DNA from: Amoebophrya sp. A120
Lineage: Eukaryota; Protista; Dinoflagellata
Length of the DNA: 64,000 bases
Direction of reading: 5' to 3'
Assembly: GCA_905178155.1 (NCBI GenBank)
Contig: CAJINV010000008.1
Coordinates: 4,329,468-4,393,467, forward strand
The first letter of the stretch is position 1. Every line of letters starts with the position of its first letter. The notes beneath the pieces are model-generated. The model saw nothing but the letters and a program-made list of their open reading frames with translations, was not told where the DNA came from and ran no database searches. Below, piece by piece: positions 1-12,916 of this stretch. The translations under genes and the position numbers were made by a program.

Positions 1-571
1 TGGGGGAGAATGGGCAGCCGTCTTCGGCGGGGCTGCGGCGCTTCTCCTGCCGGGCTGCCAGGAGTGGGCCTTGCGCTCCTGCTCGTTGAAAGCGAGTTGC
101 TTTGAAGTGCCCTGCTATTGGAAACGAATTACTTGCAATGCCTTGGCATAGCAAGTATTTTGTTTGCTGTGCTAGTATATTGCAAGTTATTCGTGTTCAG
201 CGCCAGGTCGTTGAAAGCAACGCGCCCTCAATATAAGGGGTCGCCTAGCAGCTGCCACACTTTAGCCTTTCGGAAATGCGTTCCCAAGGTTTGCCGGAAA
301 TTCTGGGAGCACATTTCGGCAAGGCCCCCACGTCGGCTTTGTGCTCTGGCCGGCAGTAGGTCTGAAGACCTCGCGCAAAATCATCCGACGTCGGGGAGAT
401 AAAGAAGCGCGCTCCTAAGATTTTCGCCGCGTCGAGACCTGGGATCATAGTTCTCCTAAGCCCCCGCCCAAGATGATGCTGTGCGGGTTTTTCTGTGTTT
501 CAAGACCAGAACACAAACTCGGGTAGCATTCTCGTGCTCTGGCCTGCAGAATTGTGCTCCTAAGATTTGCT

Positions 572-805
572 GATATCGAACTCAAATCCGGGAATTCCTC
601 AGATGCGAGCTCACATTCGAGAACTCCTCACATGTGAGCGCACATCCAAGAGTTAGCAGGTCAGAAGACCTGCGCAGCATAATTTTTCGGATGGGACTTC
701 ACCTCCGAGGAACTCCCGGACGTGAACTCACATCCAGGAATTCCTCGCGTGTCAGCTCATATCCGAGAACTTCTCGGATGTGCGCAGACATCCCAGGAGT
801 TAGTA
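572..805. repeat. Degenerate ~29-bp tandem array built from alternating palindromes
   Basis: About 7 units, e.g. gatgcgagctcacattcgagaactcctca, gacgtgaactcacatccaggaattcctcg, gatgtgcgcagacatcccaggagttagta. The consensus approximates the palindromes GATGTGAGCTCACATC and GAGGAATTCCTC. Confidence 0.6.
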
Positions 806-1035
806 TTTGATGTGGCGAAAATCCTTGGGAACAAATTGCTGGAAGTCACCTGCGTAAGACGTGTCGTCAGACCGGGATTATCGGTCGAAACGCAGATCCC
901 ACGCACCTGCTTCAAAATTTTTGAAAACCGAAGCTTTTAGGAACTGCTCTGGGAACTAATTTCTGAAAGCTCTAATTGCTCCAAACCACCACCACGAGTA
1001 CTTCCACCACTTACGTGGCCGCGCGACAGCATGAG

Positions 1036-1378
1036 GCGAGAGGTGAGGAAGATTTGAATCTTCATAAGGAAAAGCCTCGGTTTGAACTTGGAACATAATG
1101 ATTTTTGCACAGGATAAAATCCATCCTGGAATCACTAGTCACGGCAAAAATACTTCTTGGTAACACGTGTCAGTTTGCCCCTGTCTCGTTTTGTTTTATG
1201 CTTTTATTTACGGAGCTGAATTAATGTTGATTCGACGAGGACACACAAAAGATAAAGATCCACATCCAACACAGCAACATCTCTGACGAGAACAGCCTGC
1301 GCCAATGGTGGTGCCAGAAGTGATTCATCCCTGTCTTTTAAGCAAATTCTTACTAAAAAAAAACCTATCCAGACAAGC
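1036..1378 (+). pseudogene. Duplicated fragment of the PKA-R gene (end of intron 1, exon 2, intron 2, start of exon 3)
   Basis: Colinear similarity to 13131-13454, including cacaggataaaatccatcctggaatcactagtcacggca and cacatccaacacagcaacatctctgacgagaacagc. Confidence 0.85.
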
Positions 1379-1441
1379 ATGGCGAGTCTGGCGTGGGCAG
1401 TCTGGCGTGGGCACGTTTTGACTCAGGATATGATGCGAACG

Positions 1442-1703
1442 TATCAAATGTAAAAATGTCTGGGTCTGGAAGATTGCCGGGTTTGTCATGCACATTTTGC
1501 ATGACTCCTCAAGTCTGTGAGGCATGCCCTAGCATCACAGATTTTTAGAGGGCTTCCTGATGCCTATTCCGCATGACAAGTGCTCTCTTCGTGCTGCAAA
1601 ATTTGGACTCTCTTTGCTGCTCATGCAATACAGATTTTTTTAGAATCCAAAATCAGCATGACAAGTTGTATTCTTCCAGACCCAGACACTTTTACATTTG
1701 ATA
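1442..1703. mobile_element. MITE-like introner, 32-bp TIR, 5-bp TSD GAACG
   Basis: tatcaaatgtaaaaatgtctgggtctggaaga ... tcttccagacccagacacttttacatttgata (1 mismatch). gaacg at 1437-1441 and 1704-1708. Confidence 0.9.
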
Positions 1704-1762
1704 GAACGATCCCGGGCCCGATACGTGGAACCGAGCGACTCGGGTGAAGGTAGGTCCCAAGC

Positions 1763-2041
1763 TATCCTGAGTAAAAACGTCCCCACACCAGAGTTGTAAT
1801 GCAGATTTGCAAGGACAGGAAGACTTGTAATGCGCATCCCCATGAGAGCCATTTCCAGTCGTGTTTTGGAATTTGTGATGCTGTGAACAGGATGAGCAGA
1901 TGAGTCTGTGATGCGGCTGCACTTGCTAACCTGCACTACGCTGCATAGTGCAACTTGTCATGCGTGACTCACAAAACTCCTAGGTTTGTGTTGCAAAATC
2001 CTCATCCTGACTCTGGTGTGGGTACGTTTTTCCTCAGGATA
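1763..2041. mobile_element. Introner family A copy (279 bp, 32-bp TIR)
   Basis: tatcctgagtaaaaacgtccccacaccagagt ... actctggtgtgggtacgtttttcctcaggata. Homologous over its length to 54901-55179 (inverted) and 63662-63946. No matching 5-bp TSD here. Confidence 0.9.
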
Positions 2042-3194
2042 GAGTACTTCCACCACTTACGTGGCCGCGCGACAGCACCGCGTCGCCGCAGGAGTTGGCA
2101 CAGAAGGCGCAGTGGATCCAAACCTGGAACAGCAGTGGCCCACCGCTGGAGAGGTGTTGATGACGCGGGACAAGAGGCCTAGCGCACGCGAACCGCCGCG
2201 CGAGGAGGATCAGAATCTCTTTTCGCATCACGGCGCGGAGTCGCCTCTTGCAAAACAACGCAACCAAAATGTTCTCCCGCAGCAACCTAGTATCGGAGAA
2301 AGTGGACCGGCGGACCACAAGCGGCCCAGCAGATTTGCGAAAAAGAAGCAGAGGCCGACCACCAAAAACGCACCAGCGACGGCGCACCCGGACGACCACA
2401 AGCGGCCCAGGAAATTTGTGGAAAAGAAGACGGCGACCCAGACAAATGCAGCAACCACGTCAGCCTCCTCCCGTGCCTCACTGCGGGGAGCGGGGTCCGG
2501 CCAGGCTGGGGAACGAGCGGCAGAAGCGAAGCCGGAAGTTTTCGAAGAGCTACAAGGCAAAGGGACTCGAACCAGTGCGGGATCGAGGCAGTCAGTCGTG
2601 CAGAACGACGTCAGCAACGAGCGTGTGGGTACCATCGACATGAATGGTAGTACCGAGAGGGCAGTGCCGACGTCGGCTCCCACCACTGAAAGGACGAACG
2701 AAAACGGCGATGTTGGGTCTGCCGCTGCTGCAACTACTTCGCATGATCGACGTGGAGATAAGCGCCACAGCCTCCGCGGGCGGCGGAACGCTGCCGGACT
2801 TGCAGAGCACGCGGTTTCCGAAACAGCTGGAACAAGCACCAAGAACGAAGTGGCGCCAACCGAGAGCTACAGCCTGCAGGAGCAGCCCGCGTCAGTCTCT
2901 CTGCCGGGTACTAGTTATGTGGACGAATTGACGCAGCAAGAGCCGCCGCGAAGACCTGCGACCGAGATTCTCGACGGTATCAGCTCCTCGTCGCCCTCGT
3001 ATGGGCTGAAGACTTCGCGCGATCATGGATCCATTGACGACGGGAGTGATACGACCACATTTTCGAGCTCCACCAAAATCTCTGCTGTTTTCTCTTCCCC
3101 CAGCATTTTCACCACCACCAGTTCCCTCCTCCTCTGCATGCTGTTCCTCGGCGGGTGTGCGGCTCTGGTCCTGCGTATCAGAGAACGAAATTGA
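2042..3194 (+). CDS. 3' exon of a Thr/Ser-rich surface protein with C-terminal hydrophobic anchor (gene starts upstream)
   Basis: The open frame continues the TTTTSTSTTYVAARQH stretch at ~985-1031 once the direct-repeat insert is removed. It ends LLLCMLFLGGCAALVLRIRERN*. Confidence 0.6.
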
Positions 3195-3468
3195 TAAGAA
3201 CTATTCCACAGCGATCCCTCAGTGTCATAATTACCTTTTGTAAATGAACGCGATGAAAAAGTAGACTGTGTTTCGAGAGCTGTTGTCCGAGCAGCAGCAG
3301 CAGTGGCTGTGAGTATTCGAGGAAGTAGATACCCGGATAACAATTTCATATGCGGAGGCTTCGTATGCCATAAAAATCAATATTGCTTTTCGCTCCACAT
3401 AAGTAAGTATGCCTCTATAGCTGGGTAGCACAGGACAAGGAAAGTTCTAGTACTCCTGCATTCTGATA

Positions 3469-4383
3469 GTGCGGGTCGCGCGCGGTTGGAGAGCGGGCGT
3501 ACGTGTTGGCCTGCAGCAAGACTTCTTGCAACGGCAGCTGATCGCGCAGGAAAACGAACTGATCGAGCATATCACACAGGAAAAAAATAGCACGCTATGT
3601 TTGTATGTGGAACTAAAAAGTGCAGAAATCGACAAAGAAAATGATTGGCGATGAACTGCGGGCACGTAGCATGCTGCGTCAGGTATACCAGACAGAGATG
3701 CTTATTCTCTTGCAGTGATGTTTCTTGCATTTGTAGTGATGTTCTGCAAGTATAACGCGCGACCTTTTTTCTCTGGGATTCGAAAGACAGACGAACATGC
3801 GGAAGCTGCAGGCTCACACGAGACGAACAAGAGCGCGGCGCCAAGCTGCAGCCAGCCGGAGCAGCAGGATAGTGCGGCGGCCGTCGCCGATGCAAGTGAA
3901 GGCGAGTCTATCCTGGGGAAAAAGCCACTTTCCTGTATTTTCTGGCGAGGTGGTTGTGCGCTGCATTGGTTACCCCACCGGACTATGAGTGAGAATGATA
4001 GAAACGAGGAGAATAAAACGAAGAAGACTTCTGGGTTGCGACGGCGTCTAAATGCATGCAACCTGGACGAAAGATATGCAGCAATCTAAAGGGAAAGCTT
4101 GGCGGATACCATGTGCGCAATGACAAACTCGTAAGGGTGACAAGTGCATTAATTCAAATCTTTCTTGCGAGGGGCGAGCAGCATCTCATCTGCCTGCACA
4201 GTGGTCCTCTATACATTACATCAACAATTAATTGGCTTGCGGCCAAGATTCGCCGAATTTACCTCGTCCAAGTATGATCGGGCAGGTGGCTTTTTTCAAT
4301 TTGATACGCAGGCCAGCGAGCAGCACCACTCTGGCGAGCAGCGAAGGCGAGGACTTCCGCCGTGCCTGAGTGTTGCCAGGTAA
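3469..4383 (+). CDS. Possible multi-exon hypothetical protein (coiled-coil-like fragments)
   Basis: Short protein-like frames (QQDFLQRQLIAQENELIEHITQEK; DEHAEAAGSHETNK...) separated by AT-richer stretches. No family recognised. Confidence 0.25.
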
Positions 4384-6782
4384 CAGTCGTGATCTGATTC
4401 AGGGATAAAGCAAAGAAACTTTCTATTTGTTACGAAGATGACAGTGGGAAAACCACAATCAATATAGATCTTTTAGGAGACTCGCATGCATACAGTCGGG
4501 GCGAGCGACATGAACTTCCGCTCGCGCAAGTGAAGCAGTAGAAGCCCGGACCTCGAATGATCAGGAGCTGAATCACAAGTGGACTAGATTTTAAGCAACG
4601 AAACAAACAGGTAGAGAGAACACAGAGAACAAGGACGAGAGGTACCCAACAATGGGACCGCCGGACGGTAAAGGTATCATGACAAGAGTATCCAAGTTTG
4701 CCATTGAAAATTAAGAAATTTCTTTGAAGAAATACCTATCACCCGTGAGACAGCTTTGACTTTCTCGACGCGAACACTATATCACTGTTGTGAACATCCG
4801 AGGATTGACTGAAACTGTATTATTAAAACGTGAACATCGACATCTACACCTATTTGCTGAAAAACACAATTTCCATTTATTGTTTACCGCAAGAAAATAC
4901 GCAAAAAATCTTGAACTTGCTTACCGTCATGAGAAATTATTGAAGAAATACCCCTCCTCACTCCGCTGTCTTGCCAGAGTCGAAGATACATGATTAATTG
5001 TATGATGGAACCGAACCAAGTGAGAAACAAAAATTTTTGGTTTAGGGTTTCGGCTTGTGCTCAGGCCTGAGAGGCGACCACACTGCCTCTTCCTAGTCGT
5101 GTGCCAGGTCGCGAAAAGATGTAAGCCCGCGTCTGTCTATCGAGGGTTGGGGTAAGAGGCAACGCCAATCGCCACTATATCCACTCCACAGAAACAAGTG
5201 TTTATCATCAATGTCAGTCTTCCAATGAATTATTGTTTGCCAACAGTTTGAAATTAATGCCTACTTCATGTAACAACAACGTTGACCGTATGATAAAACA
5301 AGAAAAGTCGAAAGAAAGTCTCGCAAAAAAAAAAGTGCCTACTTACACAGCTATGTAGACCCAGGTAAAAAACCACTGACGTACATTAGCCTTTACCGTT
5401 GGCAACTACTGGAAGTTGCGTTTGCAATCCTAGATTAGAATGACGAAGCCAACTGATACAACCTGGAAGGAACCGTCGAAGGCTATGCTGCTCCAAAAGC
5501 AAAAGGACGAGAAGTGGTGACATTCCAAGAAAGCTGGCGATCATCTGCGAAAGCAACTACTTTATCCTATTGAATAGAATTAGCAGCGAAATGATCCGCT
5601 TCACCTCCGATTCACCCTGCCCCGGTGATGCCGCGCTTCCGAAGTGCTGGTTGTGCGACCAGCTCTACTAACTTCGTTACTCAAGGATGCACTTATGTAC
5701 TTAAGCGACGCACGCGCGAGCCCGGAATAAAAAACAAAGTAGGCGGCATCGCGGGTAAAAGCCACTATTAATCGCAGCCCCACGAACAATCCAGGTCTCG
5801 CGTCTGCATTGCAGAACAATTTGTAGGAGCTGCCACGGTAATGCTTTTATCTCGACCTCAGTTTCACACGACCGACGTGTTGTTCAACCTGCCTACCTCG
5901 AAATTGATTAAGCAACTATTTTTGTTGGTTTAGATTATTTACAGCAACTTGGTATTGTGACTTGTACAAAACAGCCAATCGAAAAATCAATCACGATGCC
6001 AGAAAAAGACTAAGTGAAAAAACGATAAAGATGGTATAGCTGACAGAATGAGAATTCAAAAGATTGTATCTGATTATACCATTACAAACTGCAGCTTGCC
6101 GACGAAGCAAAATATCGGACGAGAAAATTTTATGGCGACGATAGAACAAAAATCCATGCCATCGTGTCCCGGGTCGTCGTCGATTCAGGCGTTAATGTGA
6201 TTTTGTATTGCAGAAAACCCTAAGCATTGTGTTTTGGCATCGTTTTCGCACCGTATAGTATTTCGTGTTGTTGAGCGAGAACGAGGCTCGGCTGGCTTCG
6301 TTCGGACAGTTTCAATTGCACTGAGCGGTTCGTTTTCACCACGGCAAAGGAAGTATCTATTAGCAGCGAAACTTGCAAAGCCCATATGGATTCAAGTTTG
6401 CAGAGGAAGCACGAGGTTCGGTGCTAGGACACAGACCATGAGTCGCTCGCTTTCCGTGCATCTGATCTCTCATTTTTCAGATTTGTGTTGCCTCGAGATT
6501 GATGCTTCTCTTTCTGGATGAGCATGCAAAACCATGTAGTGATGCCCTTTGATTCAGACTCTGAAGATTTCAAGCATGAGCAACTAAATAGACGCGGAGG
6601 CGCAAACAGTAGTACTACGATGCAAGCACCAGGAATTATACGTACGCGCAGATGTCATTGAACCTCTAGGCGTCTCGCCTTGACATTTTCTTGTCGATCG
6701 TCAATATCACAAGATGACCTTCGCACAGATTCAGAACTTTCGCGCATATTCAAACAGCTAAAGCCAAAGCAACATTCGAAAC

Positions 6783-7301
6783 ATGCTCCGGCATTTCTAC
6801 TCCTCGAGTTTCTTCAGCATGGCCACACCGGGGCTTTCCCAAGAAGAAGACGCATTTGCGACTCTCTCTGGAGCAACGGACGCGCTGGAGCACGCGGGTG
6901 CGAGTTTGGCGGAGCAGCTGGCACGGATGCACTTGCTGCTGTACAAAACGTACACCAGCGCGCACACCTCGCTCCTGGAGATGCAGAACTACCTTTCGTG
7001 AGCATAAGCTGTGGACTCGATTGATTCAACTCAAGACGTCTGGTCCTCGACGGAGAATCACAACTTGCAATTTTGCTTTCGAAAAGCCGTTGTAAAAGCC
7101 GCTCGCTGTGTAGGAGTTGGAGGTTTGTTCTTCGTAGTATGGTGGAGCAGAAAAAAGGCAGCACGTCACGTCGTGCACAGGTTCGGTTTCGGACCCAGCA
7201 CATTCTTGAATGCTTTTCTACACATTGACTCGGACATGCAAGAGGAAGATCACACAACCTTAGCTATGTATAGCTTCCATAGAGACGTCGTGCACCAATG
7301 A
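6783..7301 (+). CDS. Hypothetical small protein, probably two exons, helical region plus hydrophobic segment
   Basis: ORF 6783-7001 ends at a gtgag donor-like site. ORF 7011-7301 carries VGVGGLFFVVWW. Convergent with the minus-strand gene ending at 7318. Confidence 0.35.
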
Positions 7302-7317
7302 TTTTTTGCGCTTTAAT

Positions 7318-9539
7318 TCAAGCGGAATGGTGTGTTCTTTTTTCCAATGAGATAGGCAATTGTTCCGTTGTCTTCCCCAGAACACCGTCGACAATTGCGG
7401 TGTAAAACGTTTCCAAGAAGCTCCCTAAAACAGCTAAAGCCGCAGTGGACGTCATACCAGCTGGCGATGCAGCGGACAAATCTAGGGCTTGCAGTCCTCC
7501 CTTCAGATCTCGCATAATCGTCTTTCGCAACCGTAATTCTAATTCCGAAGAGGAGTTATCATCAACATCTTCGCGATGAAAGCCAGCATCTTCTGGATCC
7601 TCGTGCGCACGAGCAGGACCGGGCGAGGAAGTGCTGGTGCTCCTGCTGCGCGGTAGCAGCAGAACCACGAGGAGCCTACTGAAGGGCAAACGCATACCCA
7701 CATTTGCAGAGCCGGCGTCTCCTGCTCTTGGTCTCGACGAAGTTGTTCTCGTCGTTGCAGCAGGACGGGACCACAACTCTTCCGCACTCCACGAATCAAA
7801 GAAAAGCAGGCCGCCTGGCGGCACGACCCTTTGATGTTCGAGTTCGGCTTCGGCGAAAGAAGAACTCCGAAAAATAAATCCATCCTTCTGTAGTCCTCCC
7901 GGTGCCGTCGTGGCTGCCACGGCCGCTCCTGGTCGTCCCAGCGCCGTACCAACACTAAAACTGTCTCGCCCGCCACGAAGACCCTTGAGCCTGCCCTTCG
8001 TCGAGTTGAATAGCGCATGGTACAGAGACGACTCAGCGAAGGACTTGGGCGGCACGTCCTTCTGGCGCGAATAAACCACAGTGCCGGAGTCCGCGTCGAG
8101 AAGCTGAAGAAGGTACATACTTACGTTCTTGCTCGCACCCGATTTATTTCTCCGCGCTCACAATTCTTTACCGACCAAAGACTTACTCCGAACGCACGCG
8201 TGACCTTCAGGTCATCTACATGATCTCTGATTTCGCGACAAAGGAACTCAACTGAGATTTCGAAACAACCATCAAAAAAATGCCAATCACCTTGATCTAC
8301 TCGCACCAGGCCAAGAAGAGCAGGAGTTTGCCACGATTTATAAAGCCTGATCTTCGAGCCTTCCATCTTGGGAGGACGGTCGTCCCCTGTGGTGCAGCAT
8401 CTTCCTTCATCAGTACGATCGATGCTGTTGTTAGTCATGAAGCAGATGCAACGAAGAACAAAACGAATGTCGATCCGCTTGTGCTCTTGCTCTTGTACAG
8501 TCGGAGATGAAGTCCTCCGAATGACAGTAGTCCGCATGAGTTGGTTTTCTTCCTTCACTTTCACCGCCAAGAGTTCTCCGTCCAGGAGCAGGGCCTGGGC
8601 GAAAAATAAAACCTAGGAAAATGATGACATCAATCAGGGAGACGGAGTTGAAACAGGGCGGTATCAAAATCCTCGTGGTAAAATACTTTTCGCTATACAT
8701 AGTAAACGTAAACCAGTAAGGTGGCGGCAACAAATAAGCTGTCGACGGTAGTTCTTATCCTACGTACCGCAAGGAGGTTGTTAAACCGCCAAGAACAGCT
8801 CCTACGCTGCGGATACAGTTGCGCCTGCGACCGAAGCGCTCTGGTCACCGTACACCTTGGAGAGAATCTCCCGCAGCGACTGTTGCTGTTGGTCAGCCTC
8901 CTCTTTCGATTCTAAACTCCTGCTCGTAGTACTACCTCCCGGCTCAGCTGCAGATGCAAGAACGACCTCTCCGCGGTTTTCATCGCCGCTTCTGTTGTTG
9001 TTCTTGGGGAGGTGGTTCTTCCTTCGGTTCTTGACATCTTGCTTGATGTCGTGAACTATGCAATGCAAAAGCATCGTACTCGTATAAATTGCATTACAAA
9101 TTAGCTCAGCATGACAAATTGAATTTGTAATGCTGATTTACCTTGTAAAAGAGATTTGTAATGCATAAATGCAATTACTACGAGTACGATACTTTTGCAC
9201 AGGATCTTTGCTTAGTGTTGAGGTACATAGGTTTCTTGCAAACACAGCGAGTAGTGAGCTTTCGAAAAGCTGTTGTAAAAGCCGCTCGCTGTATAGGACG
9301 AGTTGGCGGTAGTTAATATGATTGACTACTTTGCTGTGTGTGGAGAGCGTTGCGGGCCCAGTAGAAACTGACACAGAGGTGTAATCCTGTGCCTCCAGTC
9401 TGGGTTCGTCTTTTCCCGGTTGAGAAAAGACGCAGTGTGGACAAATTTTTTGCGCATGTAGTTTTTCGGAGTCTGCACTAGAATAATTTTGACGACTACG
9501 AAAGAAGGGGATTATCAACCTGTGATGCAGGGTCAGCAT
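7318..9539 (-). CDS. Hypothetical multi-exon protein
   Basis: Chain of minus-strand ORFs (9138-9539, 8802-9074, 8121-8570, 7318-8118) with protein-like composition. One gap is occupied by a 150-bp introner. Confidence 0.45.
9057..9206. mobile_element. Introner family B copy (150 bp)
   Basis: Inverted repeat tgcaaaagcatcgtactcgta / tacgagtacgatacttttgca. Left end tatgcaatgcaaaag resembles the 150-bp element at 63333-63482. Confidence 0.7.
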
Positions 9540-10028
9540 CTCTCCCTTTCGTCAAGGCCGAGGGTCGGATGGGGAAATCGAAATTTCAGCTCAAAAGCGT
9601 TCAGTTTCCGACGAAGCGCACGATCAATTCTTCGTGCTGTGTGGGGCACTTATCCACCGAAAGATGTGCTGCAGCAGTGGCGGGTTTCGTCTCGCATATT
9701 TTGCGAGCTGCGACGAAATTCCACTTTCTGCGCCGATGAACAGCGCCCGGTGACAACAAACCGGCACAGACCACGAGAGGGAGTGAACTGTTTCAAAAGA
9801 GCTGAGAGCATTTTTTTCCTCCAGCAAGAGATTTAGAAAAAACCTAAACCCTAAACCCTTGCCTGAGCTTGACCTTCTCGCATATGCTTTAACTCCACGC
9901 TGGCTCGCGCCAATTCTAAACTGTTGCAGGATATTTATCCCGCTCCCTACGAACCAGGAACGGTGCAAACTTGAACTTGTGTCGAGAAAAGTTCGAGAAG
10001 AAGAGGTTCGAGAAGGAAAGCTGCCTGA

Positions 10029-12161
<2,133 letters not shown>

Positions 12162-12916
12162 TGAGGAAAATCATGATACACTCAACTACAGGGAGGGCGC
12201 TGATTGTGCGCTCATCTGAATTTTGGTGTGTGGTGCCAGCTACAGAAGTTCTGACTTCTTTCACAACAGACTTGCAACGAAGGCTGCTTGCAATTCCTCG
12301 GCGTTGGTAGAAGAATGAGAATATAGATCGTCGGAAACCGAGTTATCATCTGCAAAAAAGAAAAGCGCCGTCTTGTGTGGCCTGCAGTGTGCTGATTGTT
12401 TTGACTCAATCCGATACAAGTAAAAAGCACTGCTTGAAGTAGAACTCCGCCTGATTCTTGCGAGAGTAGGAGCAAGACTAGAACACACTGAGAGGCCCTT
12501 TTTTTGAGAGCAACCTCACCTCTAGACGCTTTCGCTTTTTTCCGCCGAAGGTCAAAGTCGTGCCACGTGGCGCATGGGTCGGTGCCGGTACTTGTTTTTT
12601 CTGGGATTGGAGTATCAGTGCTAGCAAGATGTCTCCTGAATTTGCAGCACTCGCCGATGAGACGGACAAATAATTCAGATTTTGTTTCTTGGGCGGGTCA
12701 GGTCAAACGTCAAAGACGGCACAGCGTCTATCAAGAAACGAGACCAGCGACGAGGTGACGGAACACGCGCAAAGACTTATCTCACATCATGCGAGCTGCC
12801 GTTTTGACAGAAATAAACTTTGCGCAATTTTTTCTTTTTTCACGCTTGTAGGGCTACCGGGAAGGTGGCTGCTTGGGTAGGATTTTTTTCTGGTAAGAAA
12901 ATCTCCTACATCAAAA

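Larger units (their letters stand above)
996..2077. mobile_element. Composite insertion flanked by identical 36-bp direct repeats, probably intronic
   Basis: gagtacttccaccacttacgtggccgcgcgacagca occurs at 996-1031 and 2042-2077. The interior holds a PKA-R gene fragment, an orphan TIR end (1401-1430) and two TIR elements. Confidence 0.8.

Noticed and set aside
8104-8124. 21-nt GTAAGT...CAG micro-intron on the minus strand
   Set aside because: Removal does not join ORF 8121-8570 to ORF 7318-8118 in frame.
7318-9539. Longin/Fuzzy-like assignment for the minus-strand gene
   Set aside because: Only an impression from secondary-structure pattern, with no diagnostic motif.
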